Source: a virus. From it: DNA of 64,000 nt. Position 1 is the first letter of the stretch. Every line of letters begins with the position of its first letter. The stretch is taken from positions 32,001-96,000 of IMG/VR virus record IMGVR_UViG_3300047091_000002; one strand, 5' to 3'. Position numbers and translations under genes: made by a program. Below, in pieces: positions 9,243 to 17,811 of the stretch. The notes under the pieces were generated by a model. It made no database searches. It was given only the letters and a program-made list of their open reading frames with translations, and was not told the origin of the DNA.

Positions 9243-9749
9243 CTAACTATTGAATAATAATGATTCCGCCGCCCGTCTTCGCACTAATCCCTTCAACGTT
9301 TTTCCACCAGCTTTTGACCACTTGCCAAATTCTTGACTTGCTCCAGAATAATCACCTTTGTTAATCTTCTTAAGCAACGTAGAATTTCTAAGAGAATTTA
9401 CACCAAGATTAAACGCGAAAGATACAAGTGCGGCAAATTGATTATCTGTTACTGGAACTTTAACTAGATTCTCAACAGGTATTGAATGTATTTTAATATC
9501 CACCCTAAGTAACTCGTTTGCTTCATCTAAAGTAATTCCATTGGGATACAAATCATGCGCTATCATTCCGGCATTAGGAATTTTAGTAGTTAGAAACCCA
9601 TTTCCATACTTGATTGCGTGCCCAAATCCTATCGTATAAATCCCAACCGCGTCAATATATGGATCTAGATTAACCGTTTTAGGATTACCATCTGCAATAC
9701 CTTCAAAACTTTTAATAAGATCGATACCAGCTTGATTTACTTCTCTCAT
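9243..9749 (-). CDS. endolysin, GH24 phage lysozyme
   Basis: LIKSFEG...YIDAVGIYTIGFGH; QFAALVSFAFNLG; LKGLVRRRAAE. Confidence 0.92.
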   Translation of the reverse strand: MREVNQAGIDLIKSFEGIADGNPKTVNLDPYIDAVGIYTIGFGHAIKYGNGFLTTKIPNAGMIAHDLYPNGITLDEANELLRVDIKIHSIPVENLVKVPVTDNQFAALVSFAFNLGVNSLRNSTLLKKINKGDYSGASQEFGKWSKAGGKTLKGLVRRRAAESLLFNS

Positions 9750-10060
9750 TACGGTTCCTTAATAGCTTCTTTATTCATAATATCATTGTGTAATCGGATA
9801 TTTATTCCCTTTTTATCGGGAGTAGGAAAACACTCCAATTCAGTTAATTTATGATTACTTAATATTCTAAAGTAAGTAGCTGCAAAAGCGTTGCGATCAG
9901 ATATTACTTGAGTTTGTATAGTTTGAATTTGAGCTATTAAAAGTTCATTATTCTTGATTGCCTGTTCCGCAATTTCCAAGGATCTTGCAGCAGATTCTAA
10001 TTGAACTTGCTCATCTTCAGTTAGTTCGAGGGAAATTATTTCGTTTAATCCATTATCCAT
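9749..10060 (-). CDS. hypothetical coiled-coil protein
   Basis: TAATG coupling to the endolysin. Confidence 0.6.
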   Translation of the reverse strand: MDNGLNEIISLELTEDEQVQLESAARSLEIAEQAIKNNELLIAQIQTIQTQVISDRNAFAATYFRILSNHKLTELECFPTPDKKGINIRLHNDIMNKEAIKEP

Positions 10061-10088
10061 TAACTATTATACACTCCAATCTCAAAAT

Positions 10089-10190
10089 TTAATTTTCCAG
10101 CAATACAGGAAGACATAATACACAAAATAATATCAGCAAAGCCAATATCTGTATACCTACTTCACGCAGAGTAAATGTTTTATACCTCAT
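10089..10190 (-). CDS. 33-aa single-TM peptide (not in ORF track)
   Basis: MRYKTFTLREVGIQILALLILFCVLCLPVLLEN* with purine-rich upstream. Confidence 0.35.
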   Translation of the reverse strand: MRYKTFTLREVGIQILALLILFCVLCLPVLLEN

Positions 10191-10196
10191 TTTTCT

Positions 10197-10637
10197 CTAT
10201 TTAATCCTTTGAATAAGTCTCTTCAACCTATCAAACCAATAGTATACACTAAATCTATGCACTTTGTCAAGTCTTTTCTTTCCTACTGGGTGATATATTT
10301 TTTGCAAGTCGCGATGCAGTAAGTGTCTACTGATTATAAAACAGATAAGTGTTGCTATAGGCGGTCCCAATGCAGTAACATAATGGATAAGATTTACTGG
10401 AATAGTAATATACATACCTAAGATTGGTATAGTGATATAGGCATGGTTTGCCATAGGAGGTAATATTAAAGCCACCATTAATCTTAGTACCAAGCCCAAC
10501 AAAGATACGCTAAAAGCTGCTATTTCCCATTTCCAAGTAGGTGAAGAAAGTTGCTTCTTAAGAGACCATTCTTGGTAGATAAGAAACCCGAATAATAGAA
10601 AATAACCAATTAACCATATTACTACAACAATATCCAT
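10197..10637 (-). CDS. multi-pass membrane protein (holin-like candidate)
   Basis: 3-4 hydrophobic segments and a basic C-terminal tail. Confidence 0.6.
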   Translation of the reverse strand: MDIVVVIWLIGYFLLFGFLIYQEWSLKKQLSSPTWKWEIAAFSVSLLGLVLRLMVALILPPMANHAYITIPILGMYITIPVNLIHYVTALGPPIATLICFIISRHLLHRDLQKIYHPVGKKRLDKVHRFSVYYWFDRLKRLIQRIK

Positions 10638-11020
10638 TATATCGCCTGTATATCTAATTTATATTTATGAATAACCGCAGTTAGCATAAATGATGCCGCC
10701 AGTCGCTCTCCAGACGCTTGAGATGGATCGGAAATAAGCGAGTTAAGATCTTTTGCAAATAATTTAGCATCGTCTGTACTTAAAGTTCCCGCTAAATAAC
10801 CGTCAATAAGTTTATCTCTGTCAGGGGTTATTGGATGATGGAGTATAGCAGCGGCATGTTGTTCCATCATGGACCAAAACAAACCTACCTTAGTCTCTAC
10901 CTCTTTAAGTCTATCTAAAACATTACGGGAATCCTGCGACTTATTAAAAAAAGCCTGATACAGGATTCCCAAGACGGTTACTACAATCGCTGCTGTGGCG
11001 AGTATATCAGTTATAGACAT
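10637..11020 (-). CDS. single-TM protein with cytoplasmic helical domain
   Basis: ILATAAIVVTVLGILYQAFF then a helical domain. Confidence 0.6.
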   Translation of the reverse strand: MSITDILATAAIVVTVLGILYQAFFNKSQDSRNVLDRLKEVETKVGLFWSMMEQHAAAILHHPITPDRDKLIDGYLAGTLSTDDAKLFAKDLNSLISDPSQASGERLAASFMLTAVIHKYKLDIQAI

Positions 11021-11035
11021 AAACTAAATTAGTTG

Positions 11036-11260
11036 TTATTCGATTTCTACACCATTAAGAATATCTTCATTAATGGAATCGTAACAGTGTAGAAGTAGAT
11101 TAAGACAATCAATACCAGCTTCTTGCTGTTGAGAAGTAAGAACCCCATCAATACGGGTTTGTAGATCAGTTTCACCCATCGAATTATTGATAGATGCTGA
11201 TACTGCACTAGCAGCTAATTTATTGGAGCAGATTAAAAGTTTGCAAGATGCGTTCGCCAC
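11036..11260 (-). CDS. hypothetical protein (likely GTG start at 11260)
   Basis: AAGGA upstream of GTG; the longer ORF-track start overlaps the HNH promoter. Confidence 0.35.
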   Translation of the reverse strand: MANASCKLLICSNKLAASAVSASINNSMGETDLQTRIDGVLTSQQQEAGIDCLNLLLHCYDSINEDILNGVEIE

Positions 11261-11289
11261 TTGACATTTTCCTTTCTTTATGTTAAAAT
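11261..11289 (+). promoter_or_regulatory. sigma70-type promoter for the HNH gene (leaderless)
   Basis: TTGACA-17 nt-TAAAAT with extended -10 TG; ATG 6 nt after -10. Confidence 0.8.
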
Positions 11290-11295
11290 AATTAT

Positions 11296-11946
11296 ATGAA
11301 TAACATAAAACCAAATTATGGCCGTTTGAAAATTATAAAAGAAGCGCCAATTCGTAAGAATCATAGATATATGCTATGTCAATGCGAATGTGGAACAATA
11401 AAAGAAGTTGCGTTAACTTCTCTGAAACAAGGATTCACTCTGTCTTGCGGTTGTTTTGGTAAAGAACAACGTCGAAAAGCACTTACAACTCACGGTCTTA
11501 CGAAAACTCCTGAATACTGGGTATTTCAACACATGCATCAAAGATGCGAAAATCCCAAAGATGCGGAATACCACAATTATGGCAAACGCGGAATATGTGT
11601 ATCCCCTAGGTGGAAAACTGTTGATGTTTTCTATAAAGATATGGGACCACGCCCATCTCCGCAACATTCTTTAGACCGCATTGATAACAATAAAGGATAT
11701 TATCCTGAGAACTGTAGGTGGACAACATCGCAGACCCAGAACAATAATAAACGGGTTAATAAAATTATCTCCTTTCAAGGAGAATCATTAACTGTTACTC
11801 AATGGGCTACTAAACTCGGATGGAATCCAAGTATTATATACTCTCGCTTACGAGATAATTGGAATATTGACGATACATTATCCTATCCAATTATTAGAGG
11901 TGGTTGGGCTGCTCGTCGTGCAAGGGGTTGGAACCCAAACATTTAA
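11296..11946 (+). CDS. HNH homing endonuclease, antisense to the late operon
   Basis: CQCECG...SCGC; YGKRGICVSPRW; HSLDRIDNNKGYYPENCRW. Confidence 0.9.
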   Translation: MNNIKPNYGRLKIIKEAPIRKNHRYMLCQCECGTIKEVALTSLKQGFTLSCGCFGKEQRRKALTTHGLTKTPEYWVFQHMHQRCENPKDAEYHNYGKRGICVSPRWKTVDVFYKDMGPRPSPQHSLDRIDNNKGYYPENCRWTTSQTQNNNKRVNKIISFQGESLTVTQWATKLGWNPSIIYSRLRDNWNIDDTLSYPIIRGGWAARRARGWNPNI

Positions 11947-11956
11947 AATAAAATAA

Positions 11957-12256
11957 TTATTTTCTAGTACGTTTTTCAGCATTTTGTAATCCTTGCATTT
12001 CAGCTACAGTTGTAGCTAGAATTTGATATTGCGCGCTAAGATATTCAAGTTTTTGTTGTAGTTGTTGTATGGATTCTTTTTGGCTCTCTTGTCCACGAGA
12101 TATTCCACCGGACCAGTACCCTCCAGCGAGGGTCTGTGCAAAAATAAATATTAAAATAGTTACGCAGATTGCGTATATTCCAACTAAATCCTTCTTATCG
12201 TTATTCCTGATCTCGCTATGAACCGTTGGATGAGTAGAAGAAAGGTGTTGATCCAC
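11957..12256 (-). CDS. single-TM coiled-coil protein (holin/hemolysin-like)
   Basis: TM LVGIYAICVTILIFIFAQTLAGGYW followed by a coiled coil. Confidence 0.6.
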   Translation of the reverse strand: MDQHLSSTHPTVHSEIRNNDKKDLVGIYAICVTILIFIFAQTLAGGYWSGGISRGQESQKESIQQLQQKLEYLSAQYQILATTVAEMQGLQNAEKRTRK

Positions 12257-12270
12257 TAACGAGTCTCCTC

Positions 12271-12699
12271 TTACTTTTTAGTTCGCAGAATAGTTGCGAC
12301 AGCGCATCTTTCTCCATTAAACATCCGAGGATGTAAGCCTATGGCTACCGGAAATTCAGAACCATCTTTATGTTGTGCTACCAAGTTCATATCGGTAGTT
12401 CCCATAGGGCGGGACGATGGGAGATGAGAATAGCTGCCAAAATGTTTATCATGATTAGTGTGAAATCTTTCTGGTATAAGAAAATTTAAAGATTTTCCAA
12501 AGAGTTCACCCTCTATATAGCCGAACATTGTATCTGCTAAAGGTGTTGAGTAAACTATCACCCCCTCATCTAACAATACAATGATAGCTGGGACGCATTG
12601 AGAAATAGCATCACTAGCTGCGCTTTTATCAAGCGTGGCTCTTAATGCACTTGCTCTATTTTTAAGATCTTCTAATGAGCTTGTCTCTGAATTAACCAT
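12271..12699 (-). CDS. stand-alone PAS domain protein (likely start MVNSE at 12699)
   Basis: IIVLLDEGVIVYS..ADTMFGY..ELFGKSLNFLIPERF..HD..RPMG..HKDGSEFPVAIGL is a classic PAS S-box/PAC pattern; no output domain. Confidence 0.88.
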   Translation of the reverse strand: MVNSETSSLEDLKNRASALRATLDKSAASDAISQCVPAIIVLLDEGVIVYSTPLADTMFGYIEGELFGKSLNFLIPERFHTNHDKHFGSYSHLPSSRPMGTTDMNLVAQHKDGSEFPVAIGLHPRMFNGERCAVATILRTKK

Positions 12700-12929
12700 A
12701 TAATAATTCCCGTTATTAACGCAAGTCCTTCCAGTCCTATAGCCCCCATACAACCGTAAACTATAGTCTGTAGTCGCCCGACTTTCTCTTTCTCAACTGC
12801 TGAGTCAACTTCGAGTTTAGATACTCGTAATTCTTGCAATGTATCTAACTTTTTAGAAACTACCTGTAGTTCCTTAACGATATTTTCCATAATGACCGCG
12901 AGTTCGGTCATCTGATCACGTTCTGGCAT
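12672..12929 (-). CDS. coiled-coil protein with C-terminal TM (XhlA/holin-like)
   Basis: Heptad region, then IVYGCMGAIGLEGLALITGIIIWLI. Confidence 0.6.
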   Translation of the reverse strand: MPERDQMTELAVIMENIVKELQVVSKKLDTLQELRVSKLEVDSAVEKEKVGRLQTIVYGCMGAIGLEGLALITGIIIWLIQRQAH

Positions 12930-13214
12930 TTATGATCTTCTTCCACTAAAATAGTAAGCTAAATAGAATAGTATTATAGCAGTTCCCGCAGTTAAAAAGG
13001 CTCTGAGAATCCAAAAATTATCTCCTTCTGGAAATATAGAAATATAAAATCCTAATATTCCAGATGTAATAAAGGTGAAAAGAGGAAGAAGTCTAAGTCT
13101 GCTGGCGATTGGATTAGTTTTATATTTTTGCAGACTAAGAAGTAAAGCTATCGACCCTCCAGCTACACAAAACGACACAATTCCATTAATTACTCCTACC
13201 AGATCATTTTTCAT
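12930..13214 (-). CDS. three-TM membrane protein (holin-like)
   Basis: Three hydrophobic segments and a basic tail. Confidence 0.6.
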   Translation of the reverse strand: MKNDLVGVINGIVSFCVAGGSIALLLSLQKYKTNPIASRLRLLPLFTFITSGILGFYISIFPEGDNFWILRAFLTAGTAIILFYLAYYFSGRRS

Positions 13215-13528
13215 TTTCTTCTTACCTCTTGTGCCAAATTCTCGAAAACACTCTTCATATTATCGGTCCCTTTTTCAACCGCGCTCGCTGTCTGTTGAAG
13301 CGCGGTTTCAAGTTTCATTAAATCCTCACGTCGAGCATTCATCGAAGATAATAACTGCTCATCTTTTTTATCAATTCGTTGCATTAGCCATCGAACAATC
13401 AATCCAAATGCTGTAATGAGAAATAAAAGGACTATTAAGATTAATGTAGCACTTAATCCTACTTCCTTTACTGCTTGTGTAGCATCTGAGATAGATTGAA
13501 AAAAATTAAATATATAATAAATATTCAT
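13211..13528 (-). CDS. single-TM coiled-coil protein (BhlA-like holin candidate)
   Basis: VGLSATLILIVLLFLITAFGLIVRWLM followed by a coiled coil. Confidence 0.6.
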   Translation of the reverse strand: MNIYYIFNFFQSISDATQAVKEVGLSATLILIVLLFLITAFGLIVRWLMQRIDKKDEQLLSSMNARREDLMKLETALQQTASAVEKGTDNMKSVFENLAQEVRRK

Positions 13529-16500
13529 TATATCAAATATCCGAATAAATCTACTTTTAGTGTTGCTGCACTACCAAATGCACTATTTACTTTTAATTGA
13601 ACCTTAAATCCAGAATTAATTAATTCTCCAGTTGCTATATTAGCAGAAGTATCCGTGTATATAATTTGTTTATATACTGCGCTGCTTGTAAAATATGCTG
13701 CTATATCAGCATTCGTTAAATTACTCGATGTTTCTTCATTTACGGTTCTGAATGATGCGGAAAGAGTCGTGAGATCTGTACTGGGACTTCGTAGAATTAT
13801 TCTAGTTAATACAAGTGTTTTTCCAATCGGCACTGTATAGGCATCCTGCAAGGATGTGGTATTAACATCCAAAATAAATCCGTTTACTAAAATTTGCTCT
13901 GTTGGCGTATCAGACCAGGATAAAATTACATCCCCACTAGATGGTGCAGCAGCCTTGAGAAATTGTCCTGCGGACGGATCATTTGTAGGTAATGTAAAAA
14001 TTAATGCGTTGGTAGCATTTCCGGCTCGGATTGATGTTAAATTAGTTGTTGACGAATTAGCTAACTTAAGTAAACCTGTCTGGGTTGATACTACTCCAAC
14101 CTGGATTGAGGTATTGATTGTCGGAGTCTGAGAAAAACTAGGCGCTCCTGCGTTAGCTGTTAATATACTATTAGCAGCACCTTGAGAAGTAACTTGAATT
14201 GCCGAGGTAGAATTACCATATAAAACACCATTAGATGTAAATGTGGTAGTTCCAGTACCACCTTGTCCTACTACGATACCAGCAGTAGCAGACAACTCAG
14301 TTGTAGTAATTGCCGATAATCTCGCCAGTGGAACAGTGCCCGATCCTAGATCAGATGCAGAAAGAATCGCCCATAAAGCATCTGTTCCATCACTTCTTAA
14401 ATACCTTGCGCTAGAACCTAATGCAAGTCTAACATCATTAGTGCCATCATTAACTATTAAATCACCACGAGTAGTAGTAGGACTTAATGCATCGAATGCA
14501 GCAGTTTGAGTAGATTGACCAGTTCCACCACGAGAAATTGCTAATTGCCCTGACCAACCTAACGTATGCGTAGAGCTAACACTTGTTATAGTAACATTTG
14601 TATCATCTACAAATGTTTGAGTAGATGCAGTTAAACCGTTGAAACTTGTAACTATTGAACTTGCGCCTACAATTATTTCCGAAGAATCGGAAAATAACAT
14701 AACAGCTTCTGTAGCACCTCCCCCATCATCTCTAATAAAAAATCTAGCTTTATTAGCTGCTGGAGCAGATGGAGTAGACATTTCAGTAAACTCTAATGCT
14801 GCACCTGCTACGGCTGGATTCGTAAGAGCAAGAATGCCGGCAGCACTTCGGATAAGTCGCAAGTCAGAACTTCCACCCGAAGCAGATGTAGAACTCCATT
14901 GGAAGTAGGCTGCCGCTTTCTGGGCTATTCCACTTGCATCAATTCTTACATCATCTCCACCAGCAGTTCCTATATTAAAAAAATTAGTTATTACTGACGA
15001 AACGCCCACAAAAGAATATGCATAAGCAGAACAATAATCGCTATCATCAGCAAGTCTAAACCATATAGTAGCAGATTCTCTTTTTATTGCAGGAAACGCA
15101 CTTGATGTACCACCAAATAGTAGCATATCAAAATTGTTACCCGCGTTATTTAACAGGGTTAATTTACTATCAGCAGAGGATTTAATCTGGGATCTGGATG
15201 AAAATATAGATGCTCCGGTAGAAGCCAATGTAAGACTAGAAAATGTAGGAGAGCTAGAAGTTCCAATATCTTGCGAGGTGCCGATAACTACCGACCCTCC
15301 TAAAGATACTGGACTTCCAGAAATCGAAATTTGATTTGTTACTCCCGTTATTGTAATACTAGAGTTTGCAAGTTTAGAGTTGGCTATTGCAGCACTGGAA
15401 TTAATATCCGCATTAAGTATAGAATTTCCTAAACTTAATTTTGAGTAAGCTATCGCAGCGGAAGCACTTACATCAACATTTACTACTGATTTATTCAATA
15501 TAGATGTATAATCTATAGTACCAGTAACAATTACTCCATCGGCATCCACTATAAACTTATCTACTGGGCTGCCAGCCATATCAGTAATATGTATAAGATT
15601 TCCTGTAAATCCTCCTATAGGCACTCTACCACTGAAAAGTGGTCCCGTAGTAAGACTATTACCTATTAAATCGAAGACTGGTTCATCTGTTGCGCTGCCA
15701 TGAATAATCAAAACATCTGCTAATCCGCCCTTAACTATTTTAAAGTATTCTCCATAGTATATCAAATCCATTCCAATAGGGCTATATGACCATAACAAGT
15801 CCTTGAAGGTTGATCCTAAACTATTATAGATAATTAGTTGAGAACCTCCTCCAATACTAATAGAGAAGTCTGTATTAGCAACAGCACTTAATAGATTGGC
15901 TGTGATGCCAGTCTTATCGTTAAGTTTGATTAAATCCAGATATGTAGAGTCATCGAAACTATATTGAAATTTCCACGTTACGTGCTGCTCTCCACCCTCT
16001 ACAACCGGAACAAGATACGTTCTAACATATGAAGTTGTATCGGCGGCTGGACTACCTTCTACATTCCAAGCATGCCCTGTAAATTTAATTGCTGGAGAAT
16101 ATTGCTGATCTACTAACGCCGTAGAAGGAGTATTATTTTCAAGAGATAGTGCATACGTGGGAGTTTCAGCAATTGCATTTTTTATAATAGTTTGAACTAG
16201 ATTAAATACATTAGCAGTGTTCTCAAAAGCTACATTTGAACTAAGTCTTGCATCTGCGAGAGTTCCAGTAGTTAAATCAGTGGCACTACGAGTTGCTAAA
16301 TCGGCTAAACTAGATCCAGATTTAGATATTTTAGTCCAGGCTATTGCGGCTGCGTTATCTATTTGACTATTAGTAATTCCAGCTAAACGATTTACACTTA
16401 AAGTTCCAGATTGAATATCCGCTGCATCTATAGCAGTCCAAGCAGATGTACCTGTTCCAGTTCCCTTTAAGAATATTCCAGAGGTAGGAGTAGAACTTCC

Positions 16501-16854
16501 TGTGCCTAATTTAGTTTCTGCTGCGATAATCGCAAGAGAATGAATCATATGATGAACAGATACTATAAATAACTCTACCGAAACACCGGATGCGTGACTT
16601 ACTACTGTCGTACTATCTCTACCCCTAACAACATCTAAAAAGTGCGTAGAATCTTTTGATCCATAATAACAGATTTCAGTATTATTTATAGTAATTGCAC
16701 CAGTAGCAGGAAATGAAGACGTGCTGGATACTGTAATAATGGTATCAGTATCGCTATGAGAACCATTAAGCGTAGTAGTAGCATTATTACGAGTCTCTTG
16801 CAGCGATGAATTAGTATCAAGAGAGGTCGGGAAATTAGGAGTATCTGTTGGCAT
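13528..16854 (-). CDS. tail fibre / receptor-binding protein
   Basis: 1108 aa, very rich in G/S/T/A; fibre motifs (AAIAxSKL repeats, GGTG, LAISRGGTG); directly after the tail tip genes. Confidence 0.8.
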   Translation of the reverse strand: MPTDTPNFPTSLDTNSSLQETRNNATTTLNGSHSDTDTIITVSSTSSFPATGAITINNTEICYYGSKDSTHFLDVVRGRDSTTVVSHASGVSVELFIVSVHHMIHSLAIIAAETKLGTGSSTPTSGIFLKGTGTGTSAWTAIDAADIQSGTLSVNRLAGITNSQIDNAAAIAWTKISKSGSSLADLATRSATDLTTGTLADARLSSNVAFENTANVFNLVQTIIKNAIAETPTYALSLENNTPSTALVDQQYSPAIKFTGHAWNVEGSPAADTTSYVRTYLVPVVEGGEQHVTWKFQYSFDDSTYLDLIKLNDKTGITANLLSAVANTDFSISIGGGSQLIIYNSLGSTFKDLLWSYSPIGMDLIYYGEYFKIVKGGLADVLIIHGSATDEPVFDLIGNSLTTGPLFSGRVPIGGFTGNLIHITDMAGSPVDKFIVDADGVIVTGTIDYTSILNKSVVNVDVSASAAIAYSKLSLGNSILNADINSSAAIANSKLANSSITITGVTNQISISGSPVSLGGSVVIGTSQDIGTSSSPTFSSLTLASTGASIFSSRSQIKSSADSKLTLLNNAGNNFDMLLFGGTSSAFPAIKRESATIWFRLADDSDYCSAYAYSFVGVSSVITNFFNIGTAGGDDVRIDASGIAQKAAAYFQWSSTSASGGSSDLRLIRSAAGILALTNPAVAGAALEFTEMSTPSAPAANKARFFIRDDGGGATEAVMLFSDSSEIIVGASSIVTSFNGLTASTQTFVDDTNVTITSVSSTHTLGWSGQLAISRGGTGQSTQTAAFDALSPTTTRGDLIVNDGTNDVRLALGSSARYLRSDGTDALWAILSASDLGSGTVPLARLSAITTTELSATAGIVVGQGGTGTTTFTSNGVLYGNSTSAIQVTSQGAANSILTANAGAPSFSQTPTINTSIQVGVVSTQTGLLKLANSSTTNLTSIRAGNATNALIFTLPTNDPSAGQFLKAAAPSSGDVILSWSDTPTEQILVNGFILDVNTTSLQDAYTVPIGKTLVLTRIILRSPSTDLTTLSASFRTVNEETSSNLTNADIAAYFTSSAVYKQIIYTDTSANIATGELINSGFKVQLKVNSAFGSAATLKVDLFGYLI

Positions 16855-17327
16855 TAATGTTCTCCAGTGCGTCTAAAAGGTTTAGCTAAAAGCGCTTTAG
16901 CTCTGGAAATTTCCGAAGGCGTAAATTTATTAATCAATTTTTTCCTATTAGTTGATTGTGGTATAAGTGCTAAAACTAGAAATAAGAATTCATCTCCAGA
17001 GTCTCCTACGTTTAATCCATTTAAAAAAGAGCAATCTAAAATCATTGCTACTCCAGTCCAATTACATCTCTTTGCTGAACACGGCGCAGCGCCAGAAGTA
17101 AGAGAAAATCTAACATCGGCAGATGAAAAATCCGCATCGTCAAAAATCGTATCGAAAATTTTACAATCAATCAAGGATCGAATTTTACAATTAGATAAAT
17201 TACAAGAATACAATTCACATGAATAAAAATCAGGCAACGGATCGGAGAATCTGCAATTTACGAAAATCGTATCTCTATATACTCTCGCAATATGTTTAGA
17301 AATTGTCTCGCCCTCTATTCGTTCCAT
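16854..17327 (-). CDS. degenerate pentapeptide-repeat protein (likely start MERIE at 17327)
   Basis: FVNCRF, LYSCNLSNCKI, IFDDADFSSADVR; TAATG coupling at both ends. Confidence 0.55.
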   Translation of the reverse strand: MERIEGETISKHIARVYRDTIFVNCRFSDPLPDFYSCELYSCNLSNCKIRSLIDCKIFDTIFDDADFSSADVRFSLTSGAAPCSAKRCNWTGVAMILDCSFLNGLNVGDSGDEFLFLVLALIPQSTNRKKLINKFTPSEISRAKALLAKPFRRTGEH

Positions 17328-17809
17328 TAGATTTCGCCGCGTTCTCGCTGATATTTTCTTTGTATAATAATGGGGTTCGCTAGTTCCCGACATTGCGTTA
17401 AAACATTCTTTTTTGTTAATCCGGTTAATTCTATCCAATCTCCAGTAGCATTATCCACTTTTCCGAACATTGAAGTGGTAAGAACAATTCTTACGAAAGT
17501 CCTGAATTCACAAGCTGTCGGAGTTTTACTTTCTATTTCAATATTCAAAATATTACCGAACTCTAGTTGTCCTTCCTTCGGGTTTAACTTATTACATTCT
17601 TCCTGCAATCTCAATAACCTCTCGTGAAAGATTCGCAATCTACCTAAAACTTCAATATACTTTTTGGAATCTATAGAAGACTCGTGTGTAAAATACGATA
17701 CCATTCGCATTCCACCTGGATAGTGAATGGCTAACTCTCTCATTATAGATTGTTTATTGCAGGTATCACATTTTACTTCTCGCTCTTTATCTTGTTTTAA
17801 TTCTATCAT
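17327..17809 (-). CDS. hypothetical protein (CxxC near N-terminus)
   Basis: 160-aa ORF coupled to neighbours. Confidence 0.55.
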   Translation of the reverse strand: MIELKQDKEREVKCDTCNKQSIMRELAIHYPGGMRMVSYFTHESSIDSKKYIEVLGRLRIFHERLLRLQEECNKLNPKEGQLEFGNILNIEIESKTPTACEFRTFVRIVLTTSMFGKVDNATGDWIELTGLTKKNVLTQCRELANPIIIQRKYQRERGEI

Positions 17810-17811
17810 AA

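Noticed and set aside
10089-10190. 33-aa peptide as an o-spanin lipoprotein
   Set aside because: Careful translation shows no lipobox and no periplasmic domain
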